Shown here: positions 55,177 to 63,321 of the stretch, in pieces
Layout of the letters: every line of letters starts with the position of its first letter
Position numbering within the stretch: the first letter of the stretch is position 1
From: Acidimicrobiales bacterium
GTDB lineage: Bacteria > Actinomycetota > Acidimicrobiia > Acidimicrobiales > Bin134
NCBI GenBank assembly: GCA_965231915.1
Contig: OZ246892.1
Location: 2,699,247 to 2,763,246 of the forward strand
Reading direction: 5' to 3'
Length of the DNA stretch: 64,000 bases
Program-made: the position numbers and the translations under genes
Notes under the pieces: generated by a model
Told to the model about the DNA's origin: nothing
Databases searched by the model: none
The model's input: the letters and a program-made list of their open reading frames with translations, nothing else

Positions 55177-56931
55177 TCACACCCCGGCGGGGCCCTTCGC
55201 CACTTCCTCCAGGAATGCGGCGTTGTTGGGGAATGTACGGAGACGATCCATCAGCAGCTCCAAGCCAGCTGCCCCGCCCCCATTGCCATCGCTGGAGAGG
55301 CCATTGAGCACCCGGCGAAGCTTCCAAACTTGCTGAAGCTGACGGCGCTCAAACAGCAGTTCCTCGTGTCGGGTGGAGGAGGCGTCGACATTGATGGCCG
55401 GGTAGATGCGCCGCTCGGCGATGTGCCGGTCCAAGCGCAGCTCCATGTTCCCGGTTCCCTTGAACTCCTCGAAAATGACCTCGTCCATGCGTGATCCGGT
55501 CTCCACCAGCGCGGTGGCCAAGATGGTGAGTGAGCCGCCCTCCTCCACATTGCGGGCCGCACCGAAGAACTTCTTGGGCGGGTACAAGGCGCCGGTGTCG
55601 ATGCCGCCGGACATGATGCGCCCCGTGGCCGGCGCAGCCAGGTTGTAGGCCCTCGACAGGCGGGTAATGCCGTCGAGCATGATCACCACGTCTTCGCCCC
55701 GTTCCACGATGCGCTTGGCTCGCTCGATGGTCATCTCGGCTACGTGGGTGTGCTCGTCGGCCGGGCGGTCGAAGGTGGACGCTGCCACCTCGCCCCGCAG
55801 CAGCCAGCGCCGCATGTCGGTGACCTCCTCAGGCCGCTCGTCCACCAGCAGCACCAGCAAGTGCACCTCAGGGTTGTTGAGTTCAATCGACCGGGCGATC
55901 TCCTTCATGATCGTGGTCTTGCCCGCCTTGGGGGGAGACACGATCAGGCCGCGCTGGCCCTTGCCGACGGGCGACAGCAGGTCGATGATCCGACAGGTCA
56001 TGTTGGCCGGGTCGTCGACCCGCTCCAGCCGCAGATTCTCATCGGGGAACAACGGGGTGAGGTCTTCGAACTTGGGCCGCTGCTTGGCCGATTCGGGCGG
56101 CTGCCCGTTGACGCTGTCGATGTGCAGCAGAGCGGGGTTCTTCTCGTTACGGGTGGCCGGGCGGCACCCACCGGCCAGAAAGTCGCCCTTGCGGAGCCCG
56201 AACTGGCGGACCTGTTTGACCGATACGTAGGCATCTTCCTTGCTGGGTTGGAAGCCCTTGATCCGCAAGAAGCCGTAGCCATCGTCCCTCAGGTCCAAAT
56301 GGCCGGAAATGGCGATGGGATCGCCCTCCCAGGCCTCATCTGCCCGTTCTCGGTCGTTTCGGCCCCGGCGCCGACGGCGGCGGTTGCCGATCTCTGGTTG
56401 GTCATCTTGCTGGCGAGACCGGTCCTGGCGATCCCCATCCTGGCGAGACCGGTCCTGGCGATCCCGTTCCTGGCGAGGACGGTCTTGGCGATCCCTATCC
56501 TGGCCAGACCGCTCCTGGCGATTCTGTCCCGGACGGTCCTCGCGGTCTTTACCCGAGCGGCTGCGATCGGTCTTCTCTTCGACTTTCGCATCCTTGGCCG
56601 GTTCATCCTGGGTCTCTTCTGCGTCGTCTGCCTGCTGGGGCTCGGACGACTCGGCCTCGGGGGCGGCCTCTTCGTTCTGCTTGCTCTCTTCTTTGGCTGC
56701 CTCGCTGACCTCTGCCTGAACGGGAGCGGCCCCGTTTCCGGCAAGATCGGCGGTTGGCTGGCCGTCGCCGTCGGCGTCGATGCCAGCGAGCTCGAGGATC
56801 ATGTCCACGATGTCTGCTTTGCGGGCTTTGGCGTCTGGGCGGCCACCCATTGCCCTTGCGATGATCTGAAGCTGCGCCCGGTCTTTGCGCTGTAGTTTGG
56901 ACCGAGAGAGCTCAGTGGTCTCTACGCTCAC
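55177..56931 (-). CDS. rho: Transcription termination factor Rho with an Arg/Asp/Gln-rich N-terminal insertion
   Basis: The core is conserved (RFGLRKGD, Walker [17 protein letters not shown], and the R-loop/Q-loop regions). I prefer the GTG at 56931 preceded by AAGGGAGAA; the track ATG at 56952 is also possible. Confidence 0.95.
   Translation of the reverse strand: MSVETTELSRSKLQRKDRAQLQIIARAMGGRPDAKARKADIVDMILELAGIDADGDGQPTADLAGNGAAPVQAEVSEAAKEESKQNEEAAPEAESSEPQQADDAEETQDEPAKDAKVEEKTDRSRSGKDREDRPGQNRQERSGQDRDRQDRPRQERDRQDRSRQDGDRQDRSRQQDDQPEIGNRRRRRRGRNDRERADEAWEGDPIAISGHLDLRDDGYGFLRIKGFQPSKEDAYVSVKQVRQFGLRKGDFLAGGCRPATRNEKNPALLHIDSVNGQPPESAKQRPKFEDLTPLFPDENLRLERVDDPANMTCRIIDLLSPVGKGQRGLIVSPPKAGKTTIMKEIARSIELNNPEVHLLVLLVDERPEEVTDMRRWLLRGEVAASTFDRPADEHTHVAEMTIERAKRIVERGEDVVIMLDGITRLSRAYNLAAPATGRIMSGGIDTGALYPPKKFFGAARNVEEGGSLTILATALVETGSRMDEVIFEEFKGTGNMELRLDRHIAERRIYPAINVDASSTRHEELLFERRQLQQVWKLRRVLNGLSSDGNGGGAAGLELLMDRLRTFPNNAAFLEEVAKGPAGV
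56410..56529. repeat. Four imperfect tandem copies of a 30-nt unit inside rho
   Basis: The units ctggcgagaccggtcctggcgatccccatc, ctggcgagaccggtcctggcgatcccgttc, ctggcgaggacggtcttggcgatccctatc and ctggccagaccgctcctggcgattctgtcc encode the [22 protein letters not shown]... low-complexity insert. Confidence 0.9.
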
Positions 56932-57171
56932 GATTCTCCCTTGAAGTGCCATGAATATGGGAGCACTTCGATTTGTTCGGCACGCCGCCCGCGAAGGCGG
57001 ACGACATGAATTGGGCAGCCGTTAACCACCGGGACGCTGACAAAATGAATGTCGAAATCGACCGAGTGGTCAGAAGGCTTCCCGTAGGACTGCTTGCGAA
57101 ACAGCAGCCCCAACCCCTGCGACGATACAGCAATTGGCCGCTACTGGCAACATTCCGGGCGATTTAGCCTG

Positions 57172-58317
57172 TCAGGCCCGAGACAGAAGCCTTCCCATCA
57201 GGTGATGGCCGGGAACCACCTCGGTTGAGGCCGCGCCCTGTTCGGTGTATACGCCGCCAGGACCATCCACCTCTGAGTCGACGATCAGATAGGGAACCGG
57301 ATCGTCAATGTGGCTCCTTGTTGTCAGCGGTGTCGCGTGGTCGGGCAAAAGCAGGAGCCGCCACGGGCCCATCTGATTCAGTCCGTCCACCAATCCCGCC
57401 AAAATGCGCTGATCCCAGTTCTCCAGGCATCTGACTTTCTCTGCCACATTGCCCTCGTGCCCGGCCTCGTCGCTGGCCTCCACGTGGATGACATACAGGT
57501 CGGCGCCATCGGCCAACCCGGCCAGGGCGGCATCCCGCTTGCCTTCATAGTTGGTGTCGTACCAGGCGGTGGCCCCGGGCACATTGGCCACTGTCATACC
57601 GGTCAGCGCCCCAATCCCCCGCACCAAGTCGACCGCGCTGACCATGCCGGCCTCCACCCCGTGCATCTCCCGGAAAGAGGGCATATCCGGCTGAGAGCCC
57701 TGACCCCACAGCCAGATTCGGTTGGCCTTCAAACCGAAGCGGGACACGATCGAGCAGGAGGCATCTTCCAGCGCGGCCAGCTTGGGACCGGCTGGACCGC
57801 TGGGGCACACAATCGGCTGATCGGAGAGCTCGTGGGGAGGAGTGCACACCGCGTCGGCCCACTCGGCCGGGGCAACCATGGTGTGGCGATACTGAACTCC
57901 GGCATGGAAGCTGACCTCACCGCCAAGCTCGGCATCCAGCGCGGCAATGACCTCGGCGGCGCGAGCAGAATCGGGGTGCCCCCCCGAGAAGTCGGCCATG
58001 ATGCCGTCGTCGGTCACCGTGACCAGATTGCAGCGGTAGGCCACCTGGTCGGGGGCGAGGGTGAGGCCCAGCGCGGCAGCTTCGATGGGCGAGCGTCCCG
58101 TGTGGTAGCGGGCAGGGTCGTACCCGAAGATAGACATGTTCCCCACGTCGCTGCCCGCGGGCATTCCCGGGGGGATTACCTGGGCCAATCCCACCTGGCC
58201 CCGGGCAGCCAGGGCATCGAGTACAGGAGTGTGAGCCGCCTGCAATGGCGTCGCCCCGTCCAGCTCGGGCACCGGCAGGTCGGAACACCCGTCGGGTATG
58301 CACACCACGTACTTCAC
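57172..58317 (-). CDS. Cofactor-independent phosphoglycerate mutase-like (ApgM/metalloenzyme superfamily) protein; proposed non-canonical homoserine kinase by context
   Basis: The N-terminal CIPDGCSD, the later GSDVGNMS and the C-terminal HVEASDEAGHEGN and LPDHATP are alkaline-phosphatase-superfamily ApgM motifs. The gene occupies the thrB slot after hom-thrC. Confidence 0.85.
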   Translation of the reverse strand: MKYVVCIPDGCSDLPVPELDGATPLQAAHTPVLDALAARGQVGLAQVIPPGMPAGSDVGNMSIFGYDPARYHTGRSPIEAAALGLTLAPDQVAYRCNLVTVTDDGIMADFSGGHPDSARAAEVIAALDAELGGEVSFHAGVQYRHTMVAPAEWADAVCTPPHELSDQPIVCPSGPAGPKLAALEDASCSIVSRFGLKANRIWLWGQGSQPDMPSFREMHGVEAGMVSAVDLVRGIGALTGMTVANVPGATAWYDTNYEGKRDAALAGLADGADLYVIHVEASDEAGHEGNVAEKVRCLENWDQRILAGLVDGLNQMGPWRLLLLPDHATPLTTRSHIDDPVPYLIVDSEVDGPGGVYTEQGAASTEVVPGHHLMGRLLSRA

Positions 58318-58353
58318 GATGCCCGATTCTGCCAGATCATCTTTGAGCGGCCG

Positions 58354-59760
58354 CTATCCGAAGTCCATACCCGAACACTGGGCGACATGGGTTTTGACCG
58401 CCGACAAGTCGTTGGGCAGCCGCTGGCATCGCTCGGGCCTCTCGGCAAGTTCGGCTAGCGCCGGCGGCATTGGCGGGCGGGCCCCGATGGCCGCTTCCAC
58501 TGCTTCGCCGAACTTGGCCGGGTGAGCGGTGGCCAAGACCACAATGGCTCCGTCGGAGTCGCGCCGGGAGCGGCGGGCGGCGGCCATTCCCACCGCGGTG
58601 TGGGGGTCGATGATCATGCCGGTGTCCCGGTAGAGCTCGGCAATGCAGGCGGCGGTCTCTTCTTCGTCCACTCGGACTCCCGACCAGTTCCTATCCAACT
58701 CAGAGGAGATGCGGGAGTCGATCCGCATCTCGCCGGTAGCCCGGAAGTCCTCCAACAGCTCGGCGGTGCGAATCCCGTCCCGGTCGAGCAGCTCGAACAG
58801 CAGCCGCTCAAGGTTGGACGACACCTGGATGTCCATGCTCGGCGACATCGTTGGATGCACCTCGGAAATTGCCATCGAGCCGGAGGCGAAGAACTGGGTC
58901 AGGATGTCATTGCGATTGCTGGCCACGATAAAGCGATCTACGGGCAGACCCATCTGACGGGCCACGTGACCGGCCAGCACATTGCCGAAATTGCCGGTGG
59001 GTACCGAGAACGACACCTGGTCCAAGCCGTACCGGGTGGCAGCGGCCACGTAGTACACGGTTTGGGCCATGACGCGGGCCCAGTTGATGGAGTTGACCGC
59101 CGACAGTCGCTGATCGGCCCGGAACGCGGCGTCGGCAAACATTGCCTTCACCAGGTCTTGGCAATCGTCGAACGTGCCCTCAATGGCCACGTTGTGGACG
59201 TTCGCGCTGTCGATGGTCGTCATCTGCCGTCTCTGGACCTCCGATACCCGTCCGTGGGGGTGCAAAATCACAATTTGAATGTTCTCCCGGTCGCGCACCG
59301 CCTCGATGGCCGCCGACCCGGTATCGCCCGAGGTGGCCCCAACGATGGTCACCCGCTCGCCCCGCCGGGACAGCTCCTCGTCGAAAAGGCGCCCCACCAG
59401 CTGTAGAGCGATGTCCTTGAAAGCCAGCGTGGGGCCGTGGAACAGCTCCATGAGCCACAGCCCGTCGCCCAGCTCCACCATCGGCACAACATCGGGATGG
59501 TCGAACTCCGCGTAGGCGTCCCGCACCATTTCGTCGAACCGGGATCGGGGATAGGCCCCGTCCACGAACGGCCACATCACCTCAGCGGCCAGATCGGCAT
59601 AGTCACCCCGGCCGGGGAGTCCGCCTAGCGCTTCGGGGGAAAGCTCCGGCCACCGGTCGGGAACGTAGAGCCCTCCGTCGGCGGCCAGGCCGGCCAGCAA
59701 AACGTCGCCGAAGTCCAAGACCGGGGCCCGGCCCCGGGTGCTGACGTACTTCACGCTCAC
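58354..59760 (-). CDS. thrC: Threonine synthase
   Basis: The PLP site is FHGPTLAFKD, with GATSGDTGSAA also present. The 468-aa long form overlaps the hom stop. Confidence 0.95.
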   Translation of the reverse strand: MSVKYVSTRGRAPVLDFGDVLLAGLAADGGLYVPDRWPELSPEALGGLPGRGDYADLAAEVMWPFVDGAYPRSRFDEMVRDAYAEFDHPDVVPMVELGDGLWLMELFHGPTLAFKDIALQLVGRLFDEELSRRGERVTIVGATSGDTGSAAIEAVRDRENIQIVILHPHGRVSEVQRRQMTTIDSANVHNVAIEGTFDDCQDLVKAMFADAAFRADQRLSAVNSINWARVMAQTVYYVAAATRYGLDQVSFSVPTGNFGNVLAGHVARQMGLPVDRFIVASNRNDILTQFFASGSMAISEVHPTMSPSMDIQVSSNLERLLFELLDRDGIRTAELLEDFRATGEMRIDSRISSELDRNWSGVRVDEEETAACIAELYRDTGMIIDPHTAVGMAAARRSRRDSDGAIVVLATAHPAKFGEAVEAAIGARPPMPPALAELAERPERCQRLPNDLSAVKTHVAQCSGMDFG

Positions 59761-61103
59761 TGGCAGACGACCCGCAGCAACGCGGGTACGCCCCGCACCG
59801 CATCCAGATCGCGAAGATCCCCCAGAGTGGCCTGCACGTCTCGCTCGGTTGCCTCATGGGTGATGAACACCAGCCGAGCCTGGTCGCCCAGGCCCTCCTG
59901 CTCCATGGAGCGGATGCTCACCCCGTGGCGCCCGAAGACCCCGGCTACCGAGGCCAGCACTCCCGGACGGTCGAGCACCTCCATGTTGATGTAGTACTCC
60001 GACTCCAGGTCGTCAATGGAGCAGATCACCGCCTCCCCCAAGTCGCCGATCGGGGTCCAGGTTCCCCGGCAGCGGTTGCCGGCTGCGTCAATGAGATCGC
60101 CCAACACTGCGCTGGCCGTTGGCCGCCCTCCTGCCCCCCGGCCGTACAGCATCAGCTCTCCCACCGCATCGCCTTCCAAGAACACCGCGTTGAACGAATC
60201 CCGTACCGAGGCCAGCGGATGGTCGACCGGCACCATTGCCGGGTGGACGCGCACGGCCAACTCGGGCTTGCCCTCGACCTGGCCCACCTGCTCGGCAATG
60301 GCCAGCAGCTTGACCACATAGCCCAACCTCCGGGCATGGGCGATGTCGTCGGTGCCGATTCCGGAGATACCCTCCCGGTACACGCTGCCCGCCAACACCC
60401 GGGCCCCGAAGGCCACAGTCGCCATAATGGAAGCCTTGGCTGCGGCGTCGAACCCCTCCACGTCCGCGGTCGGATCCCTTTCGGCAAAGCCCAGGGACTG
60501 CGCATCGGCCAGAGCATCGTGGTAGCTGGTGCCGTGATCGGTCATCTGGCTCAAGATGTAGTTGGTGGTTCCGTTGACGATTCCCATCACCCTTCGGACC
60601 GGTTCTGCGGCCAGAGATTCCCGCAGCGGGCGAATCAGGGGTATCCCTCCACCGACGGCGGCCTCGAACAATAGGTCCACACCAGCGGCATCGGCTGCGC
60701 CGTAAAGCTCGGCACCATAGTTGGCCAGCAGTTCCTTGTTGCCCGTGACCACCGGTTTGCCCAGTTTCAGCGCGGCGGCCAACAGCTCTCGGGCGGGCTC
60801 GATGCCACCGATCAACTCCACCACCACGTCCACTTCGGGATCGTTGACCACTGAGGCGGCGTCAGTGGTCAGAACCCCGTCGGCCAGCACCACGTCGCGA
60901 TCCCGAGAGGCGCTGCGCACCGCCACCCGCACCAAGTTCAAATCGATGCCGGTGCGCTCGGCGATCACCGATCGCTGCTCCTCCAGCAGTCCGACTAGCG
61001 CCGAGCCGACATTTCCACAGCCCAACAAACCCACGCCGATTCGCGTCTTGGAAGGATCGCTCACCTTCTCCACCGTACCGGGTGCGGGTAGCCCAACCGC
61101 CAA
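59757..61103 (-). CDS. hom: Homoserine dehydrogenase
   Basis: The Rossmann motif is GVGLLGCGNVGS. A central catalytic domain and a C-terminal ACT domain are present. The TTG start is preceded by GGAGGA. Confidence 0.95.
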   Translation of the reverse strand: MAVGLPAPGTVEKVSDPSKTRIGVGLLGCGNVGSALVGLLEEQRSVIAERTGIDLNLVRVAVRSASRDRDVVLADGVLTTDAASVVNDPEVDVVVELIGGIEPARELLAAALKLGKPVVTGNKELLANYGAELYGAADAAGVDLLFEAAVGGGIPLIRPLRESLAAEPVRRVMGIVNGTTNYILSQMTDHGTSYHDALADAQSLGFAERDPTADVEGFDAAAKASIMATVAFGARVLAGSVYREGISGIGTDDIAHARRLGYVVKLLAIAEQVGQVEGKPELAVRVHPAMVPVDHPLASVRDSFNAVFLEGDAVGELMLYGRGAGGRPTASAVLGDLIDAAGNRCRGTWTPIGDLGEAVICSIDDLESEYYINMEVLDRPGVLASVAGVFGRHGVSIRSMEQEGLGDQARLVFITHEATERDVQATLGDLRDLDAVRGVPALLRVVCQ

Positions 61104-61128
61104 GATTTCCTCCCCATAAGACTTTTCA

Positions 61129-61156
61129 TTGCTTTTCCATATATACGGTCTATTTT
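61129..61156 (+). promoter_or_regulatory. Putative sigma-A-type promoter in an AT-rich gap, possibly giving a near-leaderless transcript for the 61166 ORF
   Basis: TTGCTT (61129-61134), a 16-nt spacer, then TATTTT (61151-61156). The ATG at 61166 is 9 nt after the -10 element. The local sequence is strikingly AT-rich compared with its flanks. Confidence 0.25.
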
Positions 61157-61165
61157 AAGTAAGGC

Positions 61166-61528
61166 ATGTTGTCCTACGAACTGTTCTCATTGGCGGCTGA
61201 CCTGCGCCAGCAGGCTGCGGAATGCGAGCGGGTTCGAGATGACGTCGACCGGGTCTGGCACGGGTTGGACCAAGTGCTCGCCGGACTGGTGGCGAGACAC
61301 GGGATCGCGGTTTGGATGTCGGCCACCGCCGACGCCAGCCGCCTCCTGCTCCGCCACCAACACACCCATCTGATTCGGCTCCGCTTCGAGATTGAGCAAG
61401 TGGCCCGCCGGCTCCAAGCGCGTGCTGACGAGCTCATCGCCGATGCCAACCGGGTCGAGATGGCCGCCGAGGCAGCCCGACGAGACGAGGCCCGAGAACT
61501 CGGCATGCAGGCCAGCTATTTTCAATAG
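61166..61528 (+). CDS. Hypothetical all-helical 120-aa protein
   Basis: The plus-strand frame has a coherent helical, charged composition and an ATG start. The two overlapping minus-strand ORFs read as Ser/Arg-rich antisense artefacts. No family recognised. Confidence 0.5.
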   Translation: MLSYELFSLAADLRQQAAECERVRDDVDRVWHGLDQVLAGLVARHGIAVWMSATADASRLLLRHQHTHLIRLRFEIEQVARRLQARADELIADANRVEMAAEAARRDEARELGMQASYFQ

Positions 61529-61560
61529 GCATCTCACCTTCTACAGTCCAGCCGATCCCG

Positions 61561-62892
61561 GTGCTGTTGCAGCATCGCAGCAACGACGAGTACCGGCCCT
61601 TGCCTTGGTCCAACCGCGATCTTTGGGCCATCGGACAAGTCATGGCGCGAACCGAGAGCGTCGGCGACTCATTTCGACAACAGTTCCAGTTCTCGGCCAG
61701 CCGCCGGGGAACGGCCACCGCGCTGAGGGCCATCGACCAGGCCTGGGGCGGGGGCTACTACAAGGTTGGCCCACAAGCCGAGACCGACCCTGAGGCCGCT
61801 GAGGAGGCTTTCGGCGGCGATGAGCTGGTGATCGATGTCCAGACGCATTACATCGCTCACCATCGCAGCAGCGCACCCGGCGTCGAGGGAATCATGGGGT
61901 TCATACGCGACGTCGCCCCTGATCGTTGGCAGGGGCTCGATCCCGAATTTCATCTCGATCTCGGCAGTTACCTGCGTCACATATTCCTAGAGAGCGAGAC
62001 TGCGGCCGCGGTGCTCACCTGCACACCCGGCGACGATGGCCACAGCATCTTGACCAATCCCGAAATCGCCGCCACCCGCGAGCTGATCGATCGCTTGGCG
62101 GGGACCGGCCGGCTGATCAACCACTCGATCGTTCATCCCAACGCGCCCGGCGAACTCGACCGGATGGGTTCGCTGATCGAGCGCAACAGGCCGTCGGGCT
62201 GGAAGGTCTACACCCTCCATGGGTGGGAGGGTCAGCCTGGCTGGCGACTCGACGACGAAGAGTGCGGTTTGCCGTTCTTGGAGAGCAGCCAGGAGCTGGG
62301 GGTGGGCATTGTGTGCGCCCACAAGGGACTGAGCGCTTTGGCACCAGCCGGGTCGCCTGCCGATATCGGCCCAGCCGCGGCCTGCTTTCCCGAAATCAAC
62401 TTCCTCGTCTACCACTCTGGATACGAAACGCCGGTCGGCGACGAAGAAGAAGGCCCCTATGACCGGCGGGCCCCTGCCGGCACCGACCGTCTAATCAAGA
62501 GCCTGGAAGAAGCCGGCATTGGGCCGGGAGGCAATGTCTACGCCGAGTTGGGGAGCACCTGGTATGTGTTGTCGCGTCGGCCCCGGGAGGCGGCCCACGT
62601 GATTGGCAAGCTGCTCAATGCGGTGGGCGAGGACAACGTGCTGTGGGGCAGCGACTCGATTTGGTATGGATCGCCCCAACCCCTCATCGACGCCTTTAGG
62701 GCCTTTGAGATTCCCGCAGAGCTGCGTCAACGTCACGGTTATCCAGAACTCACCAGCCGCATCAAGGAGAAGATCTTGGGGCTAAACGCAGCCCGGGTAT
62801 ATGGGATCGACCCGGACCTGACCCGCAGCCAGGTAGCCGACGACGACCTCACATGGGTCAAAGCCGCATTCGACGAATACATGTCTTTATAG
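61561..62892 (+). CDS. Amidohydrolase-family (TIM-barrel metal-dependent hydrolase, PF04909-like) protein
   Basis: LVIDVQTHY is the N-terminal metal-binding His motif. It is followed by VCAHKG, VYHSGY and LWGSDS, typical of amidohydrolase_2 proteins. The start is uncertain (GTG at 61561 or the Met at 61642). Confidence 0.8.
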   Translation: MLLQHRSNDEYRPLPWSNRDLWAIGQVMARTESVGDSFRQQFQFSASRRGTATALRAIDQAWGGGYYKVGPQAETDPEAAEEAFGGDELVIDVQTHYIAHHRSSAPGVEGIMGFIRDVAPDRWQGLDPEFHLDLGSYLRHIFLESETAAAVLTCTPGDDGHSILTNPEIAATRELIDRLAGTGRLINHSIVHPNAPGELDRMGSLIERNRPSGWKVYTLHGWEGQPGWRLDDEECGLPFLESSQELGVGIVCAHKGLSALAPAGSPADIGPAAACFPEINFLVYHSGYETPVGDEEEGPYDRRAPAGTDRLIKSLEEAGIGPGGNVYAELGSTWYVLSRRPREAAHVIGKLLNAVGEDNVLWGSDSIWYGSPQPLIDAFRAFEIPAELRQRHGYPELTSRIKEKILGLNAARVYGIDPDLTRSQVADDDLTWVKAAFDEYMSL

Positions 62893-62989
62893 TGTATTTT
62901 CATAATTCTCTTGCTATTTGATCTTGTCGAGACTATCAAGGGGCTCCCCCTGATCCGCCCGAGGGATCAGCTGAATGAAAGGCCCCACC

Positions 62990-63259
62990 ATGTCTGTCCT
63001 GACCATGAACACCGAGGAGATGGACCATCTCCAGCAGCAGTTCACCGCATTTGCCGGCCAGGTGGAAGATCTCCGCACTCGCCTGACCGCCACCCTGGAG
63101 GGAACCACGTGGACGGGCAGCCGCTCGGAGCGGTTCCGGGGCACTTGGCATGAGCAGTGGTCACCCTCCCTGGGGCAGTTGCAGGAGGCGCTCACCGAGC
63201 TGTCCACCGCAGTAGGCCTAGAGCGCCAGAACACCATCGCGGCCCTCGATTCGATCTGA
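62990..63259 (+). CDS. WXG100-family (ESAT-6-like) small protein
   Basis: The 89-aa sequence MSVLTMNTEEMDHLQQQFTAFAGQVEDLRTRLTATLEGTTWTGSRSERFRGTWHEQW... is predicted as a helix-turn-helix hairpin with a central W-T-G. It lies directly upstream of an FHA/TM protein. The ATG at 62990 is preceded by GAAAGG; the track ATG at 62975 is also possible. Confidence 0.7.
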   Translation: MSVLTMNTEEMDHLQQQFTAFAGQVEDLRTRLTATLEGTTWTGSRSERFRGTWHEQWSPSLGQLQEALTELSTAVGLERQNTIAALDSI

Positions 63260-63321
63260 CCATGCTGGCCGCCCTCAATCTGGTCTGATCTGCCGTCCGA
63301 GTCGCCCCATCGCACAAGCCT

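Noticed and set aside
56410-56529. Tandem 30-nt repeats considered as a possible CRISPR or minisatellite locus
   Set aside because: The units are contiguous with no spacers, imperfect, in frame, and lie inside the rho coding sequence. They encode its low-complexity insert.
56932-57171. 240-nt rho leader scanned for a riboswitch or structured attenuator
   Set aside because: I saw only short (5-7 bp) hairpins, for example GAAGTGC/GCACTTC around 56943-56969. No recognisable riboswitch core was present. A long rho leader is expected from Rho autoregulation, so I did not report it as a discrete element.
57310-58458. 382-aa plus-strand ORF antisense to the ApgM-like gene
   Set aside because: It is antisense to a gene with clear metalloenzyme motifs and has low-complexity composition.
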